From: a virus
DNA length: 64,000 bases
Strand: one strand, 5' to 3'
IMG/VR virus record: IMGVR_UViG_3300042402_003181
Below are positions 1 through 11,000 of this stretch, piece after piece. Made by a program: the position numbers and the translations under genes. The notes under the pieces are model-generated. The model saw only the letters and a program-made list of their open reading frames with translations. It searched no databases and was not told where the DNA came from. How positions within the stretch are numbered: the stretch's first letter is position 1; every line of letters begins with the position of its first letter.

Positions 1-1
1 A

Positions 2-277
2 GAAAGAAAAGCAATTATGAGCGAATTGTTGGCTCCTCTAAACGCTGAACAACGCTCTATTATGGGCGAATTGATGACGAGTGTGAAAACTTCAAAACTT
101 AACGAAAGCTTTGAAAAATACTTACCGGCAGTAATTTCTGGTAAACAAGCACCACAAAAAAGACAAGCTCTTGTAGAAGCTAAAGAAATAACAGGAAACA
201 AAGCTGTTTCCACAACCACCCGTAGCAGCGAAGATGAATCAAACATTATTGATATCCGCCGCCTCGCTGGTCTATAA
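2..277 (+). CDS. Prohead core/scaffolding protein, C-terminal part (5'-truncated; T4 gp22-like position)
   Basis: The frame is open from base 2 (ERKAIMSELL...), so the listed ATG at 17 is probably internal. The product is charged and helical-looking and lies directly upstream of the major capsid gene, the scaffold position in T4-like phages. Confidence 0.6.
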   Translation, partial: ERKAIMSELLAPLNAEQRSIMGELMTSVKTSKLNESFEKYLPAVISGKQAPQKRQALVEAKEITGNKAVSTTTRSSEDESNIIDIRRLAGL

Positions 278-295
278 AAATTTAGGAGAATTTAA

Positions 296-1468
296 ATGTC
301 AGAACTACTTAATGGCCGTTGGGCAGAAACAAAGCAAGCACTTTTAGAAGGCTTGACAGGTACAAAAAAATCAGTAATGGGCGTAACACTTGAAAATACA
401 CGTAGGTATTTGATAGAATCTCCTACTGCTGGTGCTACATCAGCTGGAAACATCTCAACTTTAAACCGTGTGATTTTACCAGTAATTCGTCGTGTTATGC
501 CAACTGTTATTGCTAACGAATTGGTAGGTGTACAACCGATGACTGGCCCAGTTGGTCAAATCCATACATTGCGTGTTCGTTATGCAGATTCTAGCACAGG
601 TGCTGGTGTATTAGCAGGCGAAGAAGCATTAAGCCCATTCAAAATTGCAGAAAGCTATTCAGGTAATGAATCAGCTACAGCGAAAGCTGCATCAACTGCA
701 ACTTTAGAAGGACAAGCAGGCAAAAAAATGAGCATTCAAATCTTGAAACAAACAGTTGAAGCAAAAACTCGTAAGTTATCAGCTCGCTGGACATTTGAAG
801 CTGCTCAAGACGCTCAAGCACAACAAGGTATTGACGTTGAAGCAGAAATTATGGCTGCATTAGCTCAAGAAATTACTGCTGAGATTGATCAAGAAATTAT
901 CGCTTCATTGTTAACATTGGCTGGTTCAGATGTTGAAAGATATGACCAATCTGCAGTATCAGGTACTGCTACTTTCGTAGGTGACGAACATGCTGCATTA
1001 GCTGTTCAAATCAACCGTGTAAGTAACTTAATTGCACAACGTACACGTCGTGGCGCTGGCAACTATGCTGTTGTATCTCCATTTGCTTTAACAATTTTAC
1101 AATCAGCTACTACTTCAGCTTTTGCTCGTACTACTGAAGGTACTTTTGAAGCTCCTACTAACACTAAATTTGTTGGTACATTAAACAATTCATTGAAAGT
1201 ATATGTTAACAGTTATGCAACTGATAACACATCTATCTTAATTGGTTACAAAGGTGGTTCAGAATCAGACGCTCCTGCGTTTTATTGCCCTTACATTCCT
1301 TTGATGTCTTCAGGTGTTGTTTTAGATCCATCAACATTTGAACCAGTTGTATCGTTCATGACACGTTATGGTTATGTTGAACTTTCTAACACTGCGTCAT
1401 CTTTGGGTAACGCTGCTGACTATTTAGGTCGTGTTGGTATTTCTAACGCTAACGTAAGATTTAGCTAA
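296..1468 (+). CDS. gp23: Major capsid protein, T4 gp23-like
   Basis: Family motifs IANELVGVQPMTGPVGQI, VEAKTRKLSARWTFEAAQD, FYCPYIPL and FMTRYG; AGGAGA RBS at 284-289. Confidence 0.95.
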   Translation: MSELLNGRWAETKQALLEGLTGTKKSVMGVTLENTRRYLIESPTAGATSAGNISTLNRVILPVIRRVMPTVIANELVGVQPMTGPVGQIHTLRVRYADSSTGAGVLAGEEALSPFKIAESYSGNESATAKAASTATLEGQAGKKMSIQILKQTVEAKTRKLSARWTFEAAQDAQAQQGIDVEAEIMAALAQEITAEIDQEIIASLLTLAGSDVERYDQSAVSGTATFVGDEHAALAVQINRVSNLIAQRTRRGAGNYAVVSPFALTILQSATTSAFARTTEGTFEAPTNTKFVGTLNNSLKVYVNSYATDNTSILIGYKGGSESDAPAFYCPYIPLMSSGVVLDPSTFEPVVSFMTRYGYVELSNTASSLGNAADYLGRVGISNANVRFS

Positions 1469-1492
1469 TTTAAACTTAGGTTTAATTATATT

Positions 1493-1518
1493 AAAAAGGC
1501 TCTTTGGAGCCTTTTTTT
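1493..1518 (+). terminator. Intrinsic terminator after the capsid gene
   Basis: AAAAAGGCTC-TTTG-GAGCCTTTTTTT stem-loop with T run. Confidence 0.85.
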
Positions 1519-1520
1519 AT

Positions 1521-1528
1521 GATAAATA
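1521..1528 (+). promoter_or_regulatory. T4-type late promoter-like element (GATAAATA)
   Basis: Matches TATAAATA at 7 of 8 positions, lies just upstream of the ATG at 1533, and the motif recurs before many genes. Confidence 0.55.
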
Positions 1529-1532
1529 CATC

Positions 1533-2111
1533 ATGACAACACAATTCTATACACCTACCACAATTCAAGAAGTTACACCTACAGACGATTATTTGATGCA
1601 ACCTATTATAGGATGGAATCACAATGGCGCAATATATGATAACAACTATGCTGTTACTAAGCAACCGCTTTATACTATCAGTGGGTTGTGGATGGAGAAA
1701 TATCTCAGTCATACTAGCGAGTTATGGTGTACTGGACTTAATATTCTAGACACTGAGCAATCAGTAGTAGGTATAGAATTTTCATTGCTAATGCATCGAT
1801 TTTCAAGAATTGAAGATTTACGATTGCAATTAACGCTAAATGGCGAAGCAATTGGTGATAACATGGCAAGTCCAGTTAATCCTGTACAAAGTAATATGTA
1901 TACAGGTGATAATAGTCCATTACTTCCTATAATAGGCGACTCTAATATATACGGTAGTTCTACTAATTTATGGGGAACAACTGGATTAACTAGTACCAAT
2001 GTCTCCGATCCGTCATTTGGAATCATAATTAGTTTCCGCAGTAATCAAGTATATCCACATCGTGATATAGCGCAAATAAATCAGATTGCGTTAGGTATCA
2101 CCTACGGATAA
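1533..2111 (+). CDS. Hypothetical protein (192 aa), possibly virion-associated
   Basis: Intact ORF between the terminator/late motif and the next late motif; no family motif recognised. Confidence 0.7.
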   Translation: MTTQFYTPTTIQEVTPTDDYLMQPIIGWNHNGAIYDNNYAVTKQPLYTISGLWMEKYLSHTSELWCTGLNILDTEQSVVGIEFSLLMHRFSRIEDLRLQLTLNGEAIGDNMASPVNPVQSNMYTGDNSPLLPIIGDSNIYGSSTNLWGTTGLTSTNVSDPSFGIIISFRSNQVYPHRDIAQINQIALGITYG

Positions 2112-2114
2112 ATA
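2107..2114 (+). promoter_or_regulatory. Late promoter-like element (GATAAATA)
   Basis: Overlaps the stop codon of the previous ORF and precedes a 78-nt leader. Confidence 0.55.
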
Positions 2115-2145
2115 CTTAGTCATTCAAGTGCTGTAAACACAGACT

Positions 2146-2165
2146 TATGCAGTACCCACTGCGTA
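2146..2165 (+). promoter_or_regulatory. Leader hairpin upstream of the 2193 gene
   Basis: TATGCAGT-ACCC-ACTGCGTA forms an 8-bp stem with one G-U pair and has no T tail. Confidence 0.4.
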
Positions 2166-2192
2166 TGGCTTAAAACGTCAAAGGAGAAAACA

Positions 2193-3158
2193 ATGGGACG
2201 TCCACTCAATAAAAGATATTTTGGTAACCGTAATGTCGGTTCAGCATCCACTACTGCAGATGATGGTATTGGCGGTAAAAGTGTAGCAAGTATTCCAGTA
2301 ACTACTGCTAGTACATACACTACTCGTCCGTTAGTAACATTAACTGGTGCACCTAATTTAGTAAAAGGTACAGCTGCTACTGCAACTATTACTTCAGAAG
2401 CAGCAACCGGTGCAACTACTACTCCGGGTACAGGTTATACTGTTGGCGACACTCTTACATTATCAACTGCAGGCGGCACAGCTGTTGCAGTTGTAGCTAG
2501 CATCACTGGCGGTGGCGCAACTGGTCCAATTGGCTTAGTTAACTTTACTGGTACTGGAGCAAGTCGTGGTAGTTTTGAAGCATTACCTGGTGTTAAAGTT
2601 GCCGCAGTCGGTGGAACTGGCACAGGCGCTGAAATTACTATTACCTTCCAAGCTAAATCAGTAAAAGTATTACCTGGTTCAGGTTACACAACTACAACTC
2701 CAACTGCAGCAGCAACACAATCTGTTGTATTAGGAACCGTGGTAATGACTACTCCAATTGCAAATACTGCTACAGTAGGTTCAGGATTTAATCCAGAGTC
2801 TGCAATTATTGCGTATGCATATACTGCGTCATCTTCTAAACAAGCTGACATTGTTAAACAAGTTTCAACCGATCGTTATAAAGTTGTTACCTCAGATACT
2901 ACTACACCAATTATTGCAAAACTAATAACAGTTGGCACACCTGCTGCAGTTGGCGAAATGATGATTAAAGCAACTGATAGTGCCGGTAAACCATATTTTG
3001 TTAAAAAATTAACTTCACGTAAAGTAGTTATTGTTCCAGATACATCTTCTGTTACTGGACACCAATTTCCTGCAACCTCTGCTGGAGTTTATCAAAGACC
3101 TCAATGGACACTTGGCACTGCAACAGCAAATGTATCAGTAAAAATAGAAAACGGTTAA
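2193..3158 (+). CDS. Virion structural protein, Thr/Gly/Ala-rich (321 aa)
   Basis: AAGGAG RBS; beta-rich low-charge composition with GTGYTVGD/GSGYT motifs; has its own late motif and terminator. Confidence 0.7.
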   Translation: MGRPLNKRYFGNRNVGSASTTADDGIGGKSVASIPVTTASTYTTRPLVTLTGAPNLVKGTAATATITSEAATGATTTPGTGYTVGDTLTLSTAGGTAVAVVASITGGGATGPIGLVNFTGTGASRGSFEALPGVKVAAVGGTGTGAEITITFQAKSVKVLPGSGYTTTTPTAAATQSVVLGTVVMTTPIANTATVGSGFNPESAIIAYAYTASSSKQADIVKQVSTDRYKVVTSDTTTPIIAKLITVGTPAAVGEMMIKATDSAGKPYFVKKLTSRKVVIVPDTSSVTGHQFPATSAGVYQRPQWTLGTATANVSVKIENG

Positions 3159-3170
3159 TAAAAATTAGAT

Positions 3171-3193
3171 AAGGGGTCGCAAGGCCCCTTTTT
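3171..3193 (+). terminator. Intrinsic terminator
   Basis: AAGGGGTC-GCAA-GGCCCCTTTTT, with a GNRA tetraloop and T run. Confidence 0.85.
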
Positions 3194-3204
3194 GAGGAAT
3201 ATAA

Positions 3205-5025
3205 ATGTCAAAAATATTAAAAATTAGCCAAGGTGATTACATAGTTCAAGTACCTTCTGGTAAAAAAATTACGTTAGATACTGATTCGTTACATGTTACC
3301 GGTAATATCGTTGTTGAAGGCACTACTACTGAAATCCAAACGACGAATACTACTATTGCTGATAATATAATCGTTTTAAATAAAGGTGAAGTAGGTCCCG
3401 GAATTACAAAAGCTGCCGACCAATCTGGTTTTGAAATTGATCGTGGAACATCTAACGGATTACCTAGCGGATTAAAATTATCTGCAAGTTTAATATTTGA
3501 CGAATCATTATCTGCATTTGTATTAAACACTACTTCTAACACAACTACTACCTTAACTAATTTATATGCAAATACTGCTAATTTAAATAAAGTCTCGAGT
3601 AACGACGTAGGCATTACTCTTAGTTTAACAAATGATAACACTACAGTAACTATAGAAACACCAAATTCAGCTACTGATTATCATAATCGTACCTTAGTTT
3701 CTAACAGCATTGTAACTAAACAATATCTTGAAAATTATGTTGAAGCAGACAGTGGTCGTGCTATTGTTAGTCAACTTTTGCAAACAGCAGGAACTGTTAC
3801 TAATTCACAAGTTCTAGCAACTGCAGACGCAATTGAATTTTATGTTGGCGAAACAGACAGTGTTAAAAATTTAATTGGAAAAATACTAATCGATGGAATT
3901 TATATTGACCAAATACAAAGTATAACAGGTGATACTGTATTTTTTGTATCAAATATCGAAAGTGCATATAATTTAACACTTACCGGTAATGTGGATATTA
4001 TAGGTGATGCTAACCGAGACATTACACTTACAACAGATGGCACTGGTGTTATTACTCTTACATCAGGAACTACAGGTACAATTAACAATGTAGATATTGG
4101 GTTAACTACTCCTGGTAACAGTAAATTTAATAACTTGCAAGTAACTACTTCAGCTACTCTTCCATCAGGTCCAACAACTGGTGCCGGTGGTCGTCCAACT
4201 AATGCTGCTGCAGGTAACATACGATATAACACAACTATTAAATCGTTTGAAGGATTTAACGGTACATTATGGGGTACTGTAGGCGGCGGTTTACAATCAA
4301 GTCCAGGAATTGAAACAAGCAATTATACTGCATTATCAAATAATTTAGTTAGAGCAAATTCAACAGCTGGTGGGTTTACAATTACACTACCAGATGCACC
4401 AAATGACGGCGATGTTGTTGGTATTATTGATGTTGCAAATACATTTGGTATTAGCGGTAAAGAAGTAACAGTTGTTCCGGGCGCAGTTGGCACAATTGAA
4501 GGTACTACTGATGTAGTTTTAGACTTAGAAGGTACATTTGTATCATTTGTGTATATTGCAGCAGTTACTAACTGGAAGTTAGAACAAACACCAACCGGAC
4601 CAAGCAGCGGATCTGCAGGATTAACTATTTCAAATAGTCGAGTTGTTTCTCGAGTTACAACAGCAACTGCTACACCTACTGCATTGACATTTGACGGCGA
4701 AGTGCCAAGTGCAACTAATCAACTAATTTTACCAAACGACAGCACTTATACATTTTCAATTTTAGTAACCGCAAGACGGACAGATGCAGATAACGAGTCT
4801 GCAGGCTATAAATTTGAAGGAGTGATTGATCGTAATACTATTGCAGCAACAACTAATTTTGTCGGAGTACCGATTAAAACTGTGCTAGCAGAAGATTCGG
4901 CTTTGTGGGATTGTGTTATTTCAGAAGATACCGTTAACGGTGGATTACGAATTACAGTTACTGGCGAAGCAAATAAAACAATTAAATGGGTAGCAGTATG
5001 CAATACCGCAGAAGTTACTGGATAA
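3205..5025 (+). CDS. Fibre/baseplate-like structural protein (606 aa)
   Basis: Fibre motifs TTIADNIIVLNKG and AAAGNIRYNTTIKSFEGF; a gp9/gp10-like segment NSTAGGFTITLPDAPNDGDVVGIID. Confidence 0.7.
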   Translation: MSKILKISQGDYIVQVPSGKKITLDTDSLHVTGNIVVEGTTTEIQTTNTTIADNIIVLNKGEVGPGITKAADQSGFEIDRGTSNGLPSGLKLSASLIFDESLSAFVLNTTSNTTTTLTNLYANTANLNKVSSNDVGITLSLTNDNTTVTIETPNSATDYHNRTLVSNSIVTKQYLENYVEADSGRAIVSQLLQTAGTVTNSQVLATADAIEFYVGETDSVKNLIGKILIDGIYIDQIQSITGDTVFFVSNIESAYNLTLTGNVDIIGDANRDITLTTDGTGVITLTSGTTGTINNVDIGLTTPGNSKFNNLQVTTSATLPSGPTTGAGGRPTNAAAGNIRYNTTIKSFEGFNGTLWGTVGGGLQSSPGIETSNYTALSNNLVRANSTAGGFTITLPDAPNDGDVVGIIDVANTFGISGKEVTVVPGAVGTIEGTTDVVLDLEGTFVSFVYIAAVTNWKLEQTPTGPSSGSAGLTISNSRVVSRVTTATATPTALTFDGEVPSATNQLILPNDSTYTFSILVTARRTDADNESAGYKFEGVIDRNTIAATTNFVGVPIKTVLAEDSALWDCVISEDTVNGGLRITVTGEANKTIKWVAVCNTAEVTG

Positions 5026-5056
5026 AAATAAACCGTATATCAACAAGGAATTTTAA

Positions 5057-8000
5057 ATGTCAAAAAATCTTTCAAACATTCTAAAAGGAGGAACTCTTCC
5101 AGTTATTCACGGAGGTACTGGCGTAACAGTATCAACTGGTACCGGAAGTGTTGTATTAAATACAAGTCCTTCATTAGTTACTCCTGACATAGGTATTGCG
5201 ACTGCTACTTCAATTAATAAAGTAATGTTTACTCAACCAACCGGTAATGCGACGTTGACTATTGCAAATAATAAAGTATTAACTGTAAGCAACACTATAT
5301 CATTTACTGGCACTGATTCAGCTGCAGTTGAAGTTAGTACCGGGGGAACAGTAACTTATACGAAAGATAAATTATCAGTATTTTCAACTACTACATCAGC
5401 TGAGTTAGCAGGTGTTATTTCAGACGAGACTGGTTATGTTGCTGGTGCAATATTAATGTTTAACGACAGTCCTACAATTAAAAACTCAATTGTTACTACG
5501 TCAACTAGTTTTGATTTACTCAATACTAACGCAACTACTGTAAACTTTGCAAGTGCTGCAGGAACTATTAGCATTGGTGCATCCGGTACTGGAACTACAA
5601 CAATTAATCATAATTTACAAGTAGCTGGTGATATTTTCTTTAATGGTACTGCAAGTCAGTTAAGTGCATCAACTATTGAAGTAACTGACACATTAGTAAT
5701 GTTGGCTAAAAATAACCCGGGTGATATTGTAGATGTTGGTTGGTATGCGTCTTATATTGCAACTGCAACAGGTGTAAAAACATATACCGGTTTAGTAAGA
5801 GATGCTAGTGAATCTGATAGATCGTGGAAATTGTTTAGCGGAACAATTACTGCACCGTCAACTACAATTGATTTTGGTAATGCAGTCTATGATAACTTAA
5901 AAATAGCTGCATTAACTGCAACCACTGGTAACTTTTCCGGACAAATAACATCAACTCTTGCACAAGGTACTGCACCATTTTCAGTTGTGTCAACTACCCC
6001 TGTTACTAATTTAAGCATTGGCGGAAATGCTGCAACTGTTACTACAAATGCAAATATGACAGGACCAATTACAGGTACCGGCAATGTTACATCTATTACA
6101 AGTCAAACCGGTACAGGTACTAAATTTGTAATGGATACTAGTCCAGTTCTAATTACACCTACTATTGGTGTTGCTACTGCTACATCAATAAACGGGTTAA
6201 CACTTACTGCATCAACCGGTACATTAACTATTGCAACTGATAAAGTATTAACCGTAAGCAATACATTAACCTTTACTGGTACTGATACATCATCTGTAGC
6301 ATTTGGCGCAGGTGGAACAGTAGCATACACAGGCGGCACAGGTACTAAATTATCATCATTTGCTGCAACAACTTCAGATGAATTAGCAAGTGTTATTTCA
6401 GATGAAACCGGTACAGGTAAATTAGTATTTGCAAATACTCCTACATTAATTACTCCAGCAATTGGTGCTGCAACTGGTACATCAGTAGTACTAACAAGTG
6501 ATTCTACAATTAATGGATTAACAATCGGGTTAGGCGGAAGCAACGTTGCATCTAATACTGTTATTGGTTTTTCTGCATTTAGTGGTAATACAACAGGCAC
6601 ATCAAACATTGCGATTGGTATGCAATCGCTGTATGGATCAACAACTGCTAATGTAAACACATCAGTTGGTTCTCAATCAATGCAAAATGTGCAAGACGGT
6701 AGTGCAAACGTTGGGATAGGTGCTGGGACATTATATTCTAACACATCAGGTGCACAAAACACTGCAATTGGTGCATTTGCAGGGTACGGATCTAACGGAG
6801 TTAACGCAAACACTACTGGAACAAACAATGTATATGTAGGGTATAGTACTATAGGTTCTGCAATTGACAATACAAACGAAATTGTAATTGGTTCACTTGC
6901 AGTAGGGTTAGGGTCTAATTCAACAGTACTTGGTACAACAAGTACAACTACTGCAACTATTTACGGTGCATTATCGATACCTAATACTACTGCATCGTCT
7001 AGTTCAATAACCGGTGCATTAAAAGTTGCAGGCGGAGTTGGAATTGGCGGTAATTTATATGTTGAAGGAAACTTATCTGTAAACGGGTTAATCACTACGA
7101 TTAATTCTACTACAATTACAGTTGACGATAAAAATCTTGAATTAGGATCAACTGCGTCACCAACTGACGTAACTGCAGACGGTGGCGGCATTACGTTAAA
7201 AGGGTTAACTGATAAAACATTTACATGGAGTGCTGCATCAAATAGTTGGGTAAGTAACGTTGGTATTACTGCATCAAGCATTCAAAATACCCCAATTGGA
7301 TCTACAACTGCTAGTTCAGGAAACTTTACAGGTATTACTGTTGAAAATGGTGGATCCTTAATTTTAAAAGAAACATCATTAAATGGTATCAACTATATTA
7401 GCATTAAATCTCCAGATAGTTTAGCTGCAGATTACACAATAACGTTACCTACTACTGTCGGTACAGCTGGACAAGTACTATCAACTGACGGTAATGGTGC
7501 ATTAACGTTTGTTGACTCTGATGTGTTTGGTGGTAACGTTGTGTACGTATCAGAATCTAAAGGTAATGATCTAAATGACGGGTTATCTTTACCAGTTAGA
7601 ACAATTAAACGCGCATTACAAATTGCATCTGGAATGGTTTACAATTCGTTAGGTGCAGTAAACCGTATACGTGCCGTTGTTTCAGTAGCTGCAGGCAACT
7701 ATGTTGAAAACAATCCAGTTATTATTCCTGATAATGTTAGTGTAGAAGGCGCAGGGTTAAGAGCATGTGTTATTCGTCCGTTAAACGCAAACAAAGATAT
7801 GTTTAGACTTAGAAACGGTGGATATTTTGCGCAATTTACATTTAGAGATGGGATAACTGCATCTGGTGTAGCATCGTATACTTGGGCGTATGCATTTGCA
7901 TTTGATGATGTATTTGATACGCAATGTGATCGTACTGGGTATATTAACTTACCAAGTAACAGACCAACGATGACATTGTCGCCATATGTTCAAAACTGTT

Positions 8001-11000
8001 CTATTATTAGTTTCTTAGGCGGTAACGGTGCATATGTTGACGGAAGTAAGGTTGCTAATCCAAACGTTCCGACTAGCTTATTAGAAGTTGAAGTAAACCC
8101 TGCAGGTGCTGCACCTGTACAGTGTAAATCAATGATTGCAAATGCGTTTACTATGATTAGTTTTGGCGGTACAGGATGGCGTGTTACAAATGATGCGTAT
8201 GTTCAGTTAGTATCATGTTTCCAATTATTCTTACTAAATGGTGTTTATGCACAAAGCGGTGGTTATACGTCTATTACTAACTCTGCAACTAACTTTGGTA
8301 AGTACGCATTGCGATCTTCAGGCTATTCGCCTATTGCATACCCATACGATAAAGGTTTTGTATCCGCTGTTGGATCATCTGGAAGTATTCAAACAGTTAC
8401 TGCAATTGGTTTTACAAGACCAGATGGTCCAGTTGAACAATATGTTATTAGAATATACGATAATAACGCATTTACTTACAACGTAGCAATTTGCCAACGA
8501 GATATTGGTTTTATTATTGATGCAATTGGTTACGATATGATGTTTGGCGGTAACTTTAGATCAATTAAAGCTGCAATGACATATTATTCAACGCAAGCTG
8601 CAAACGTAGTTGGTGTTCAAAAAACTGCAACAATTGCAGGATTTACGTATTTACGAGACTATGTTGCTAATGCAGTTAATGGTGATCCAATAGCCGGAGC
8701 ATCTATTATTGCTAATATGAATACAATTAATGATATTGTTAATAACGGGTTGTCAGTAGTACCTGCATCAGTAATACCGGAACCATCTAACATCGATCCT
8801 GGTTTTTCAGATGCTGCTAGGTTACTTGCTGGTAATAAATTATTCTTACAAGCTGAAATAATAGCATTTATGTCGTCAACTTACACTGCATTATGGAGTA
8901 GTTTAACTGCACCGCAACGCTTGTTATGCCAACGCGATGTAGGATATATGGTTGATGCAATACAATATGATTTAATATACGCATGTAACTTAGAAACAAC
9001 TGTAATTGGAAGACTGTATTATAATCGATTAACTAACACTTTTGTAGAGAACGCTGGAGAAAAAACTGCAGCATTGGATGTAGTTTTAAGATTACGTGCA
9101 ATTGTTGAATATATTGTAACAAACAATACTGCAGGCTGGACAAAATCAGCTGGCAATGCAGCATCACAATTTATTAGTGGAACTGCTGCAACTCCTGGAG
9201 CAGTTACTTTTGCAAAGGCACGTTTCCAAGAAATATATGATACTATTAATACAGGTACAGAAACTGCAGTAGCAATATTGCCAGATACAACATGGGTAGT
9301 TGATGCTAACTTAGTTACACAATTTAACATTTTACAAACAACAAAAGACGCAATAAAAACATTTGTTACTGAATATATTTCTACTCAGTACGGCGCTACT
9401 GATTTAACATCACAGTATAAAGTGCAATCACCTAACTTTTTGCAAGTTTCATTTAATGCGTTTACTGAGATTGATATTGCAACTGATGTGTTTACAACTA
9501 GTACACCGCATGGGTTAACAAACGGTGACTCGGTTATCTACGACAGTACCGGCAATTCACCGTTGGGCGGACTGTTTACAGGTAGTGTATACTACGTGTA
9601 TTTCTTAAATACTGTGCAATTTAAATTAGCACACGATGATAGTTTAACATTACCGGTTGATGTAGTAGCATTAGGCACTGGTACACATACATTTACAAAA
9701 AATGATTATGAATTGTATGTTGACACAGTTACTAGCACACATACTACTTTCCAAACAATTGTTTTAACATCTGCTTATTCGTTTGCACCTGGTGATTTAC
9801 TTGAAGGTACAACCGGTGCATTGCCTAATAAAGCAAGCGTTTATAGCTATGATGGTGATAAAACTATTGTTGTTGCTATTAATTTTGTTACTATTGGCAT
9901 ATCACAAGAACGCAAACTATTTGCTACAAATTCAATTATAACAAAAATAAATGCAACTGTAGTTAGTTTAACGGTGTCGTCTGTAACATCAAGAAACGAC
10001 TTACATGCAGCTACATTTAACGTTGCATCAACATTGCTAGGCGGATTATTAGACAACGTTGGTACACTAGTTGGTAAACAAATTTTCTTCCATAGAGCAA
10101 GTATTGTAAACTCGTCTGGTCATACATGGGAATACGCAGGTTCAGGAATTGATTACAACGCGTTACCGACAAATGGTGGTAAAACAGATGTTAGATTTGA
10201 ACAATATCAAGAACGATCTGGGCGAGTATATACGTCAGGTACTAACGAATTAGGTGACTTTAAAGTTGGTGATTTTATTACCGCATATAACAGAACAGGG
10301 AACATTGTATTTAAAAATACTGTTACAGTTAGTCAGTTAAATGTATTAAAATTAGCGTTAAGTGACATTTCGGTTGATGCAATTAGTAATGACACTGGGT
10401 TAGGTGAAAATGAAGTTGGCGGACCATCTGATAGTAAATTAAGTACGCAGCTAGCAATTTGGTCATATGCAAATCAACGATTAGGTGCGTTTATTGATAA
10501 AGCAGTTAGTACTAACGCAGTACCTGGAGCACTAGTTCAATTAAATGCAACTGGGCAAATTAACGTTGACTTAATTCCGGCACAGCGAACATCTGCATCG
10601 GTTATTACATATGGTTACCGTTCACGATTAACTGCATACGATGATGTGCCATCTGTAAACTTTTTATCAGGTGATAACAGTACAGAAGAATTTGAAACTG
10701 TCACGTTAACGTTAAGTGATCCAATTACTGCATTAGATGGTGCAATTGTTACCCAATCTACTAGCGGTGCATCAGGTTTGTTAAAAGGCGATCATACTAA
10801 CGTAAATACTATTTTAGTAGCTAGTACTGGTTATACATTTACTACTGTATTTGATACAACTCCTGCGCATACACTTATTATTAATTTAGATTCAACACCA
10901 AGTACTACTAACACATCGGTGTATTGTTTAGTAGTCAGTGCTGCAATTAGCGCAACTGATAATAGTGTGTTACGTAATTCTACAACTAATCAATACTTAG

